Source: Phoronis australis | Taxonomy: Eukaryota; Animalia; Phoronida | Assembly: GCA_002633005.1 (NCBI GenBank) | Contig: NMRA01000117.1 | Coordinates: 62,001-126,000 of the forward strand | Direction of reading: 5' to 3' | DNA: 64,000 nucleotides | Shown here: positions 37,717-50,810 of the stretch, one piece after another | How the letters are laid out: every line of letters begins with the position of its first letter | Position numbering within the stretch: position 1 is the stretch's first letter | The notes under the pieces: model-generated | What the model saw: only the letters and a program-made list of their open reading frames with translations | The model's database searches: none | What the model was told of the DNA's origin: nothing | Translations under genes and position numbers: made by a program

Positions 37717-38464
37717 TATATTCTATTGAATAAAAGAATGTCAACTTCACAACTTAAGGCTCTGGTCTACATAACTTTTATTTTTTCCTAAAATGTCAAT
37801 GCTTTTAAAAGATGAGACTTAAACTAAGACTAGGTACCTAATCATTATAACCTTTTTGTTACCTATCACTAATTAAAAGTTATATTCTCTTACTAAATAT
37901 GTGCATGGTAAAACATCAGCAACTTAGGACACATTATGAAATATATGCAATACCAAATTGAATGCTTTTCCCCGTTCAAGTTTCGTACCACAGTAACCAT
38001 CAGACGAAAGTTTTGAAAATTTGTCCTTCACAATCAAAATGCTAGAGGCCTGTGAAAAATTAACAAAGGCATTTTGTTAACTCTTTTTGTCTGAAATTGT
38101 TGATATTACTGTAATAACCAAAGTTGAAAAATACCGATAAATAGTCATATTAGTACATCACAAATTGCAAAGAATGACGATGAGTAATAGTAATTGTTTT
38201 AGAAAACTTGCGACTTGGAGAATTAAGAATAGTCAAAATTCAGGGGCATGAACACAAACCTTTGCCCAGTTTTAATAACATTTCAAATGTTGTAAACGTC
38301 CTGATGTTGGAGTAGAATACCCAGGCCTTAATCAAGATGAAAATTAAAACAAAAACTGAGCAGAAACTAATGACGCTATGAGGGCGCTATAACTTTCACA
38401 ACAAAACCTGATTGTCATCCAATCAATGATTAGGAACACTAACATTGAATTATAAATTTGTTAC

Positions 38465-39011
38465 GTCGTTTTCCCAATAGAGGCGAACTTTCGCCTTTGT
38501 TTCAGTGAGTGGGAAAGGTAGCTCCAGTAGATAATCTGCAAGGGAAACTTCGATGGAAATAGTGTAATTCAAAAGCGAAACTTTAGTACGCAATGAAACT
38601 TCGGTGTAGCGTGTTAGGTCAGAGTGAAACTTCGCCGAAGTTATCAGTAGAAGTTGCAGCAACGATATACAATCATGCGAGACTAGCAAAGCATACCCAA
38701 CATGCTCTCAATAAACACATGTAAATAAATAAAAGAAAGCATATCTGGTGAAGAATAACATAGATTGTTTTCATAAACACCCATATATGACAGGAGAACA
38801 AATTTGAGTTAGCCTCAAACCCACTTCTCACTATTCGTTTGAAAGTACGAATGAACTGCGTCATCTGGTATCTTAGCAATAACTTTGATATCGCAGCAAT
38901 AACTTCAATATCGCAGCAATAACTTCGATATCGCTGTCTAGTCGAAAACGTAAGCGAAGTTTCACAGAAGCTTCGGTAAACCGAAGTTCCCCTTAGTTAT
39001 GGGAAAACAAC
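38465..39011. mobile_element. MITE with GT.GTTTTCCCA termini and repeated (G)AAACTTCG subterminal motifs
   Basis: Left GTCGTTTTCCCAATAGAGGCGAACTT; right GAAGTTCCCCTTAGTTATGGGAAAACAAC. Internal 20-bp x3 tandem AGCAATAACTTCGATATCGC at 38875-38934. Confidence 0.7.
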
Positions 39012-40642
39012 AAGCACCAAGGTATACTTCGACTGCAGTCACAACCACTTCCTTTTACTTTGACAAAATAACCTGAAGCAAAAACAAGTAGAGCATTTAG
39101 TTGGCGTCCCATAACTGTCGCAGCGTATATTAGCAAAAAGATACCATAACAAATACCTTGGCGCATAAAAATGGAATCACCCAATAAAAAGGTGTATATA
39201 AAAGCCTTTGTTAATGGCTATCCAAAACATACTTTGTTGTGTGAAATAAACCAACCTTTCACAGCCAGTTTTGGAATTTTATACCAATGACTAGAATGAT
39301 TTATATATTAAAGTATACTCAAGGGCCTGTATTGAAAACATTTTGACTGCCCGTTTAGCAGCATCCACTTAAAACTGGATTACTTAACTCCAGATAACAA
39401 GTTTAAAATATGCATAATGCATTAACATATCTGGTACACCAATAAAATCATCAAACTACAATCAGCGAGAGATCACGTAACTTCTCAATAACATAACATA
39501 CTTGAAGTTTATGCTTTTTAAAAAGACTACAAAGCACTCGAAAACTATGTCATTTCTTTGATCATTTTTCTTACAAGGATTAGGTAAAAATTAATAATTT
39601 CATGATGAAAAACTGTTGTTCCTTACAGGTTTTATGGTCACATGAGATGCCACATCCTGTACTACCCAGTGTAAAACTAAAAAATGAAGATGAAAAGGAA
39701 GTATGTTAATGATAACTGACCATGAATGGCCAATAATGGCAAACCACATCCCTCTTGTACGGTTGCTTTAATTTCATTTTCTATTCCAAAAATGACAGGG
39801 GATATCATAATGGTTTTCAGGCAGGTAACCACATCCAACTGTGGAGTGCCATATTGAATTTTAGATAAAGTCACTTTCCATAAAAGCAAGGCCTCATATC
39901 CACACTGTGAATGAAAATTAAGGATGGAAACAGACAGCTAAGTGTGAAGCCAACTATCATTCTCTACAATGTACTGTCTAGGTGGAATGTTGAATCCAAG
40001 CCAAAAAGCTCATTCATACGTTTCTGGTTTCAGCTGATTTCAACGAAGGGAATGCCAAAAACAACACTCAGAAGATGAGTCAATGAACATATAGTGTTCA
40101 ATAACCATATTTCCTAACAAAAACCTAAAGATGTTTATTTGATTGCAGCAGTTTTCAATGACAGCAAAAATGCTCGTTTCCCCTTTTTTGTAATTATTTC
40201 ACATGCAAGTTGCAATTCAGACAAACTATCTATCATTTCATGACAGAACTTTTTAAGATAAAATTCACCACTATGTTACTCTGCACAACATGATCAGCAG
40301 TAAACCAACAGATGTTTACCCACACATTTATTGACTTTTAAGGTATAAGAAAAACAAGATTTAAAGCCTACTTTTGATGCTAAAAGTGGCATAACAATTT
40401 GATTGCTAAAACATCACTCTGACCACAGCAACACTACAAATTGCAAAATTAATGGATGACATATTGACTTTTATTAGTCTATGTCCTGCGATAACCCTTA
40501 CTTAGTGTTCTGTTCTGACTCCCATTCATACTACTTTCGGCCTTTCATTGTTTGCTTTGTGTTCTCATGGTGACGCAAACTGGTGCAAAAGGGCAACTTG
40601 TAATGTTACAAGCTAAATTAATGGTAGGACTATTTTGGTAGT

Positions 40643-41073
40643 CAGGGCTTGGAATGACCAATGACAAAAAACGAAACTTTTACGGCCCAAATCATGCCCG
40701 ATAACCAGCCTTGAAATGGTCAGTAGCATGCGTCTGCGTCCTTTTAGCTCGCCCGTCCACTCCCAACCCACACTGGCTGCAGAGTGGTAGTATTTGTCGC
40801 CGCGCTTAACAATAACACGAGACGCCATTGAAAATCCCACCTCGCTGTCCCAGATGCCCCGGCAATGTTGACAATTAACGTTCCTCCGAAACACAAAGAG
40901 CAACTTCCGCTTTTCGAGGTGAACGTAGTCTGCAACGCCGCGGTAAGAAAGGAATTTGCCGCGGAAATTTTATATCAAATCTGATTTTTTTACGCGGAAA
41001 TATTATAAAAAAAGCGGAAAGCACATTTGAAAAAAGCGGAAATCCGCGTTTCCATGGAAAATTCCAAGCCCTG
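40643..41073. mobile_element. hAT-like MITE with perfect 13-bp TIR and GGTAGT direct repeat
   Basis: CAGGGCTTGGAAT ... ATTCCAAGCCCTG, flanked on both sides by GGTAGT. Repeated CGCGGAAA subterminal motifs. Confidence 0.85.
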
Positions 41074-41264
41074 GGTAGTCCAATACATCTAAAATAACAA
41101 AAATCCATTCAAGGAAGGCTTTCTAACATTGACATGAAAGAGCCTGTGACCTAGAATTCAACTAACAGAAACTATGAAAGTTTCAAGACTACAAAAATTT
41201 GCCAAGTCTATGGTAAGTGTGAAGCATCAAATGGGTCCATGCAAGAAGTTAAACACAAAATAAC

Positions 41265-43024
41265 AACAAGTGCAACGCAGAGCGTTGAAATGCGCCCACA
41301 AATGCATCGCAAGTGGTGTGCTTTTAGGGTTGTTTATATGTGTCATAAAAATGGCCACTATATAGCGCAAAAACATACAATCCATCCGAAAACACGAACA
41401 TGTCATTGTTTCTTTAGTAGAAAGCTATACACCAAATTTCACAGAAATCCGTCACGGAACTTTAGAGAAACAAAAGAAAAAGATGAAATTGCCAGTAGGG
41501 GGCACATTGTCCATTGGATCCGCCTGAAAGAGATCACTGCCTATTGTTAGCTTTTTTATAAATACACTTACTAATTAAATTTAATTTAATAAAGATCCTG
41601 CAGAGGGTTTAGGAGATACAGTTATGGGCGCAAAACAAAACAAAACTGCCACCAGGAGGTGCTACAGTAGTAAAAGTTGTCATCGTCAAGCATCCTCTTC
41701 ACACTGAGAACATATACGCCAATTTTCAAATCCACATTTAGAATGATTAGGTTGACAGAGGGTAGATGCCAAAAACAGATTTGAAAACAGCAAAAATGAC
41801 CGCTAGGTGGCACACAATACCTTGAATCCATCCGAAAATGGGAGGATAGCGTCATCTCACCAATAAATGTCCGTATTCAAAATCTTACGAAAATTTGTTG
41901 AGGACCTTTGAAGATACAGAAGTAAAGGTAAAACTAAAATTGCCACCAGCAGGCACACCAGTAGTCAGATCCACCTGAAAATCGTCATCTTCCGTTGTCA
42001 ACATCATATAAACACGCTTGTTAAATTTAGTAAAGATCCTGCGAACGGTTTAGGAAATACAGCCATGGATGCAAAAAATGAAACTGCCACTAGGAGGTGC
42101 CACAATAGTCAAAGTCTTCAGCCATCCACTTCATAGTAATAACATACATGCCAATTCATACGGTTTGGTTGATAGAAGGGTGGACTCAAAAACAGTAAAT
42201 ATGGCCATTAGGTGGTGCAAACGATGTAGAATCCATCTGAAAACCTAAAGATAGCGTCAACTCACTAACAGAAGCCTGTAAACCAAATTTTATGAAAATA
42301 CGTTGAGGGCCTTTGAAGATACTGGGGTAAACGTAAAAAAATAAAATTGCCACTAGGTGGCACACCAGTAGTCAGATCTGTCCGAAAGTCGTCATCGTTC
42401 GTTGCCATTACCATATAAATGCACTAACTAAATTTAGTAAAGATCCTGCAAACGGTGAAAGAGATATAGTCATAGGCGCAAAAAAGAACAAAACTGCCAC
42501 TAGGAGGCGCCACAGTAGTCAAAATCATCGGAAAATCATTGTCAAGTGTCCTCTTCATAGTAAGAACATATATGCCAATTTTCACAATCATGCTTAGAGT
42601 GGTTTGGGTGATAGAGGGATGGATGCTAAAAAACAGGCTCGAAAACAGTAAAAACGGCCACTAGGTGGTGCAAACTACGTTGAATCCACCAGAAAACGGG
42701 ATGACACCGTCGTCTCACTAATACATAGTTATATACCAAATTTTGCGAAAATGTGTTGAGGACCTTTGAAGATACAAAGGTATACAAAAAAATAAAATTG
42801 CCACTAGGGGGCACACCGGTAGTCGGATCCGTCCGAAAGTTCGCTCATGCCATCCCATCTATGAAAGGAACAAATGTACAATCTCATGAACATATGTCAA
42901 TCGGTTTTGGAGATAGAGCAGTGGACGCTGAACGTCAGACGCCGCCCGGACGCCACTCGGATGGACGGACAGACGGAGATGACGGCATAATGCGTCCACA
43001 TATAAATATGTGGGCACATAAAAA
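41265..43024 (-). mobile_element. HINE/Helentron-type non-autonomous element, copy 2 (same family as 24971-26709)
   Basis: Same ends as copy 1: AACAAG.GCAACGC.GAGCGTTGAAATGCGCCCACAAATGCAT ... GACGGCATAATGC.TCCACATAT..AAATATGTGGGCACATAAAAA. Same internal array (AAAGATCCTGC at ~41591, 42032, 42439). Confidence 0.85.
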
Positions 43025-46000
43025 TACATTTAATTCTTACTAAAAAGATGGCTAATGGTTTTAAGGGTGTGTCACTCAAAAGCAAATTTTGAAAACTACA
43101 AGAGGTAAAACTAAAGAAATGAGAATCGTCCATTTTAATTCTTGGTTATCAGCCTAACTATTCCACCAGACGTGCCGGATTTTTCCAATTTCTATTCTAG
43201 TGCAATTATTGCTCTCTTAAATGGACACCAAGAATTTGGGAGAGTGGGTCTACTAGACAGTGGACCTCGTGTTGGCAAATGCAGGGTGAACACTGCTGTA
43301 CATAACTTAAGTATTAAATTAAGCCATGGGCTATATTTGAAATGTGATATCAAAAAATTACTTTTCATATTTTGCACACAGGAACACGTCCTCAACTGGA
43401 TGTTTCAATGTCTTTTGTCTAGTCTCAATTCATTTCAAATACTTACCATGTCAATATCTATCAATTAGATGTGTAAGAAACTTGCTTCTTGAATTTACAA
43501 AAGTGTTTAACAATTCAGAAACAAGAGCAGCTTCACATACAGGCGCACAAGCTTTAACATGCACATTGACAGCAGTCAAGAGACTAGTTGTATTACATAA
43601 AGCAACACTACCTGGATAACTGATCTGGACAAATCACACAGCTGCAGCACCTAGAAAGAGAACAAGACTAGTCTTTATTAAGAATATTACAACAGGAAAC
43701 ATATTGTCAGTTACTATCATAAACTAAAAAACAATTAATTTCTCTGAGATACAAGCATTTAATTATTGATACTATACACCCTATACCTGTGCTTTGTGAC
43801 ACCTTAATAACCATGACTGTCTCTAATGTACTTTTCATACCAACGTAGATGCACTATGTTTTGGGAATTATTGGTCAGTGAGAAAGGTTAACTTTGGTCA
43901 TAGATTGAAAATAAAATTTCCAGTAAACAGGTGGAAAGTGGAGCATTAATTTTACAACAGTGTGAAAGTTGCCTTCAGTGTCATTGGCATGTGTCAATGT
44001 CAATACACAATCCTTCATACTTACAAAATAACATATGCATAACATTTTTGAAGCACCATTTTATAACAACTTCGATAACCTGACCATCAACAAGAGCTAA
44101 CTTTGGTGCCCATTAACTACAAAAGCCGATCTAATAGGTTCACAGCTTCGCAGCTTATATCGATGCTCCGCTTGCCCAAATAAGTTAGTCTGAAGACTGT
44201 TGTGCAGTAATCAAGTAAGGCAATGATAGTATCGAACAAATTCGTAACTTCCACATATCGTATTGTACATACATTTCAAAACTGTAAACAATGAAGAATA
44301 AGTTAGTAACTTTACTTAATCCGTAGTCCCGTACAAAAACATACCTTGAACAAGGTTGAATTTCCAACACATTCCTCTAATGATTCAAATTGTTATTTAT
44401 TACAATTACAAGCCAAATAACTTCAATTGAGAAAAGAACAATTATCTACAGAATCTAGGAAAATTACCTGATGAGTAAAGATAGGCGCGCCAATAACTGC
44501 TCCCATTCCCATCAGCTGTCTTGATAAACTCTAAAAATAAAACGCAGATAGGTTACTCACGCACCATCGCTAACAGTAAGTCTTGAACTAAACAGAATAC
44601 CAACAAACGTACCATCATAGTATTTCATGATTTAAAAAAAAAACAAGTCGAGGTATTGAATTCGAGTTTTGAGACTTATAAATGTCTCTTCTCAGGAAAT
44701 TAATTAATGTCAAATTTCACACAACTTCATTTATGACATCAAGCAGGTTTATTGAGGAAGAGACTATTCTTAACGCCGATTCATCAAAATCAAGCCAATA
44801 AACTATGGTACACTCACTTCAGTTAGTGAATGAAGCCCACGCAAAAACGTGCCGAGGAGCTCTTTAATTCTATTGGACGGCTTGCCTAGCATGAAAATTG
44901 TAACGTGTTAAATATTGATTTCTTACCCTCATTAAGTAAAGCTTAGTTTTTATGAATGAATACCATAAAGGCACATAACCACATGACCCAAGCTATCTAT
45001 ATGATTGGTCAACAAGCAATGCCATGTAAAAGTACCCACAGCTTATTATCAGAAGCATTGCATTTATTGATCGACACAACCTACACACATCCACTGAAGT
45101 CATTAACATGAAACATCCGCACCCAAAATATCACTATGAGGCAAATGTGGGGGCTGCATTTAGATGCGGTACAATATTACAGGTCAGCTTAACAACAAGT
45201 CTTTTAACAAATGCTGATAAGTTGGTTTTGGTAAAACGTTTATCTACTGAGTTATTAGAAATGCTGAACTTAACGGAGCACAACTACAGGCATGAATCTA
45301 GATCCAAGTGTTAGAATCCAGCATAAAAACAGTGTCAACACAATTCAGGAACTTCCATCAGGTCCTCGCAAATCATTAAATAATTTATTAAACACAAATA
45401 AATATGATTATAGTGTCTGACGTCACGTTTATCACATGACATTTACTCACGACAGGAAATGTTCTTCAGTTAAGGAGCCAGTAATACTCCAGTATGCTCC
45501 TTGTAACGACTTGATTAATCCACGAACAATTTACACCCAAGCTGAGCAAAGATTTATCTAGTACCCTAACATTAGTTGATTTTTTCAGCTAACACACCCT
45601 ATCATTTTGCCTATTCCTTTCACTAAGACTTAATGCTAGGTATAAGGATGATGGATGGGAATAAATTGATTACAGGGCACAAAGTGTAACAAATGCAAAT
45701 GCGCTCGCTCTGACCAAAAATTGGTATTCATCTGTCTAGCAGCATTCTTAAATCTTGTCACTTCACACTACAATCATACATTTTACCTATCCTTTTGAAA
45801 ATGACACCATGGGGTTTCCATTAACACTGGCAGCAACTTTCCAAAATTGCTCTGGGTGCATTTTTAGCTTGCACCTATATACCTGTAAAATTCCAGAATG
45901 TCTATGGAACTGCCTTGGGCCTCATATAAAACTTCCAATGCACTATGTCAGCTCTTTTTAATAAGAACTCAAACAATCAATCTTCCAGAATTCCTTCCAA

Positions 46001-47940
46001 ATTAAGGGAAGATCAACAAAATTAATCACAGAACATCAATTTTTGCAAGCAAGTCACTTTTGTTATTTTTTATATTGCATAAGTCGACAATGATGTATGT
46101 CAGTATTCAGTGCAATGTTCTCCATGACCTGTTTTGAAGTGTGTCACCACATCTTGGTTGCTGGCACCTTGTATTTCATCAACAAATCTAGAACTGCTGT
46201 AGTGAAGGAAACCTGCTTATAAGGAACACTGATCTAAGATCCTTTTGTGTGGAGCAGATCAATTATTATATTAGCATGATAGATGATAAAACACTGCTAC
46301 AATACATTTACACACTATGGACTAATATTACTCATGAAAAGTGAAGTTATCCTGATGAAAAGTTAAGTCATCAACTTTTTTACCTCAAAAATACTATCAA
46401 ACTTAGCCATAATCATATGTTAGGTTTCGATTATCTGGTACCCGTTGAAGAAAGTGGTTCTATTTGATTAATAACTCTTTGAACCAAGGTAGTTGATTGG
46501 GCTGCAACTTGCAGCACTGGACATAAGACGTGGCATTGGGCCAGATTGATATCTGAATTTAGCTTCCATGTGGAAACTGCTGCCCTCTGCAGATGAAACG
46601 CAGTGGGAGGTTTTTGTAACATACGCTAGGGCTTGCTTTTGAATGGCTTATGACTGGTTCGACCAATTTGGGAAAAAGGCATCAAAAGCTTTATATCGCT
46701 AACCCTTTGAAATTACACATCAGGCAACAAGACAGGTACATCTGAGATAATTTCGCTAAAATATTTACACTTTAGAAAACGGCAGTTGCGCTCTTTCGGC
46801 ACTTGAGCGTATAAAAACAAGAAAATAAAATTTCACTCATCTAACATGTTTGCATCAAAATTCCCTTAAAGTTTAACTTGATTTATTGGGGATCACTAGA
46901 GTTGTGACCCAAATGGTAAGAGAGAACTTATGAAGTACCCTGCTTCATAACGCTCACAGCTGCTATGTGGGTGTTTACAACGAGTGCTCCAGGAAGTCCA
47001 ATATTGATTGCACTTTCTTTAAACTTATACTGAATTAAACTACATTAGGACTTTTTATCATGATAATAAAGTGCACGAATACCAGACTACGTGACATCTG
47101 AGAGTTGAGCAAGTAGAATAGTTGTCTCATCATTACAGTTATTTCATCACTACAGGATATTTACCGTATCAACAAAAACCGTTACATAACAAATATCTCT
47201 GCTACACTTGTCTTAAAACCTACCTTGAACAGCAACACATCAAAGTCATAAATTCCCAAATGTAATTAACCGTTATTGCCCGACTTTTGTCTACGTCACT
47301 ACGTCACTGCAACTTAATTCTAACAGAACCCACAGCAGATAGCTACTCTTACCGCAGATATCAGTGAATGTTTAAAACTACTACCATAGGCCGTTCTTTG
47401 TATGCTGTTTTCTCATAGTGACATCATGTAACGCAAAAAGATTCTTCACACATAGATGAAAAGATTACTACTGGACTTCAAAAAACAAACTTCCAGATGC
47501 CGAGGACCCACCTCTTTCTTCTGAGGGTTGAAGACTTGCCTGGTTCCCAAAAAAATTTCGACACCCTCTGCCAGTGTTGACACCCTCTGCCAGTGTTCGT
47601 CAACTACAACTAATTGTACACTCCAAGAACTCCCCACAACCCCTCTCTCTCAGTGTCAGGTGTCAGATTTTAACTATCTGACTCATGGTCCATGGCCTTA
47701 CAGTCCTTGTTGACCAGCCAGATGGCTCTGCAACATTGTGAATTTTAATAGCAAGTTCAGTATCAGTAGTCATGATTTATAATTTTATGCAACTATTTAT
47801 TCACCAGGATTAATGATAATATCCATCGTCAAATTTTCTTTACATATCACTTGACATGCCTGTGTGTGAAAGTTGAATAATGCTGTAAAACTATTGTTAA
47901 GACAAAATAGTACAATACATCCAGAACGACAATCTCCGTA

Positions 47941-48440
47941 AGGCTCTTTCACACTAAAGACGACGCGTCACATCACTGTTTTGGGGAGATGCGGTCAGAA
48001 TGAACAGTTAACCTCGGTCTTGGATTGAAGTTAATAGCGCCAGTTAACCTCCCAGTAATCGAGTGGATTTAACATTGGACCGTCGACGCTGCTATGCGGT
48101 ATGAGCAGACAACTCCGGTCTCATTGAAGTTGTCATCAGGGGCCACTGCTATAGTCAACAATTAAGACATTGTCTTTGCTATTAGTTGCTTAGACTTCGC
48201 ATTAGAATTAACTTTTATATCAATTACAAGAGGAAAATGTTCTCACATTGTCGCATTAAAAAAAATCTTAGCGCACACAGATGGATCAGCGCTACCTTGC
48301 GACTACTTCAATGAAGACAGCGTCAATTACCGTTTACTTCCATGCCGTTAACTACTGAAAGTGGTATGAATCATTCAATTAACTTTGCAGTTTATGTCAA
48401 CACTCCACTCATACCGGAGTTAAGTTTGTATGAAAGGGCC
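47941..48440. mobile_element. PIF/Harbinger-like MITE family B, copy 1
   Basis: TIRs GGCTCTTTCACACTAA ... TTTGTATGAAAGGGCC. Interior homologous, in opposite orientation, to 62398-62884. Confidence 0.75.
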
Positions 48441-48542
48441 CCTTTTAGAGGAAGGCACCACAGTTGACTACTGCACATACAAATATTAATTTAACATTAA
48501 TCACCAATGACAAACTGGGTAAAAAGACATGAACATTACACT

Positions 48543-48859
48543 CAGGGTTCCAGGATTTCGAAAAATAGGGCGTACAAAATCGATTTCCCAATTTCTCAAG
48601 ATTTCCATAACTGATCCGTGGAGACATGGTTCTGTATTAAATTTTTTTGTATCTTTTAAACCATTTTTATTCTGGACAGGTGAATGAACTTCAGCGACTG
48701 CTACTAGCAAGTTAAAAAGAGATGCTCATGCTTACTAGTACTAGCTTACTTTACATAGGCTTCCAAAGGCTCAACAGGGAATACTTGCTGGGCTGTCTTA
48801 AACATTTTGAGTCAATGAGTCCATTTGGATGCCCTGGACACCTTCTAGATGAAAGCCTC
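48543..48859. mobile_element. Degenerate hAT-like MITE
   Basis: CAGGGTTCCAGGATTTCGAAAAATAGGGCGTACAAAA ... TTTGGATGCCCTGGACACCTTCTAGATGAAAGCCT. The inverted AGGGCGT.CAAA / TTTGGATGCCCT pair is subterminal. Confidence 0.4.
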
Positions 48860-48860
48860 A

Positions 48861-49261
48861 TAGGGCCATCGCGGATTACACACGGCCATAGAACTCTCCT
48901 TAGTCCTAGAGATAAGAAACCACATGACCTCGTTTTCGAAATCAGGCACATTTTCATGCCGTCTCTCATTGATGTCTAGAAGGCAAAGAATTTCACATCA
49001 TGCATTCACAGGTATTTGTCCACCTTATCAAACGTTCTCACATCAGTTGCAGCCCACAGCACAGCACACTTCGTTGGGATAGAAAGGGCGAATAGAGTAA
49101 TGCAACCGAGAAAAACTTGTGAAGAACCAGACAACAAAAAATGACACATAAAACTTCAGTGGCAAGAAAACCAGGCAGCCAATGTGCCTGACTGATGTAT
49201 ATGGCATTGTGGGTAAATACTGCGAGATTCAAGTGTCGCTGTGTAATCCAGGAAGGCCCTG
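48861..49261. mobile_element. hAT-like MITE
   Basis: TAGGGCCATCGCGGATTACAC matches the reverse complement of GTGTAATCCAGGAAGGCCCTG (17/21). No clear TSD. Confidence 0.55.
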
Positions 49262-50527
49262 TAACACTTAGATAATTCAAATTTTGAATGCACGCAATAA
49301 GCAGCTAACTTCAGGTATTTGCACGCATAAAAACAGCGAAACGTTGAGTCAATAATTACCACATCACATGAAGATCAGTCGTCCTCACTGAAGCTAACTT
49401 CCGTCACCAGGTCTGAATTCCTATTCAAGACTGTTCCTCCCTGTTCTAGTAGATTACATACGAGGCGGCAACAGAAACTGCTAGTTTTAGCCACGGCAGA
49501 GGGTGAACTTCATTAGCCAGAGTCTTAATATTGACAGCAACATCAACACAGCACAGATAGATCAATGGACTTAGGTTTCCTCAGCAACATAACTTAAGAT
49601 CCATGAAAACTTAAAATAGGATTACAACTACATTGGTTAAATCTTCACTTCAAGATTGCTGACAAGTCATGTGACTCAGTCACAAGAAGCTTTATCTTAC
49701 ACGTTTCCACATGAAGTCTTGGCATTTATTCAACATTTATTTCTCAATCTGAACTGCATGGACAGTCATTGCACAAGAATTTGTCAAGTATGTGTGTGGG
49801 AGGACACCTTTAGAACCTTCCTAACTAGTAAACTTTTCCCTTGCCAACTAGAACAGGGCCCCACATGTAGAATATAACTCCAATACTCTACTGTACAGCA
49901 GATGTCAAGATAGAGGTAATTCACAAACACTGGACAATTTTGTGTTGTCAATAGCAGAATGTTCTCCTCAACAGAGTTAGGACATGCAGAAAATAAAAGA
50001 ATCCTTTGGTTCTCACAGACAGAAAAATGTCATAAGAGTATGTAATTAACATCTCACATTACCTAATAAGAGCCATTAAACTATTGAATTAGTGGATAGC
50101 ATACAAGCAGTAGGTTTCTTTGTGTGCTGCCTATTACCCAATGGTGTGTAACTGACAGATTTATATAGTCTTATAAAACTCATGCACATCACCTTATACA
50201 GGGAGACCAGCACCTGAAAGAGCAGTGACATTGTACCGCAAGAACATGGCCCTTTTATTAAATTTAATTCTTCACTTTGTTGATGAACTGCAAGAAAACG
50301 GTGAAAGATGCTTTAAAATACGTTTTGATGTTCAAACACCACCAATGTAAGTTTGTTCTTGCAAGCAGTGTCATCCCATTCTTATCCTTTGTTTGAATCG
50401 AAATCGGTTAAAATTGATCACCTTGAATTCCCATCATGGGTACACTGTCTTGGTGACAGAAACTAACTTGCCATGACATGCAACTTTATGGGCGTGGTTT
50501 GAAGTAACAATTTGACAGTTCTTGTAA

Positions 50528-50810
50528 AGGCCCTTTCATACTAATATCGATGCGTTGATGTTTTGAGGAATTACGGTCAGTATAAACAGTAATCGCAAGG
50601 GTCCCCTGCAGTTGCTAATAGTGTTGTCGCTAATAGTTGCTTACATTTTGCTCGAATAATCACCAATCGATTTATAAATAAGCTATATGTCAATTAGCAC
50701 ATGTAAATTTTCCCAAATTGTCCCATCAACTGTTTACTTCGATGCCATTACCTACCAAAGCTGGTAAGAACGATTCAATAAACTTGAGTTAAGTTAGTAT
50801 GAAAGGGCCT
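50528..50810. mobile_element. PIF/Harbinger-like MITE family B, copy 2 (internally deleted)
   Basis: Perfect TIR AGGCCCTTTCATACTAA ... TTAGTATGAAAGGGCCT; left flank TAA. Shares CGGTCAG.AT.AACAGT and GCTA.TAGTTGCTTA with copy 1. Confidence 0.8.

Noticed and set aside
44468-44530. GNGSSYWRAYLY resembles ZIP11/SLC39A11 GAGFSTWRAFWY (SLC39A11 neighbours vertebrate SOX9)
   Set aside because: The highly conserved preceding FPEGLAVSLPL and following GQLSG are absent, and I found no other ZIP11 exon. Treated as coincidence.
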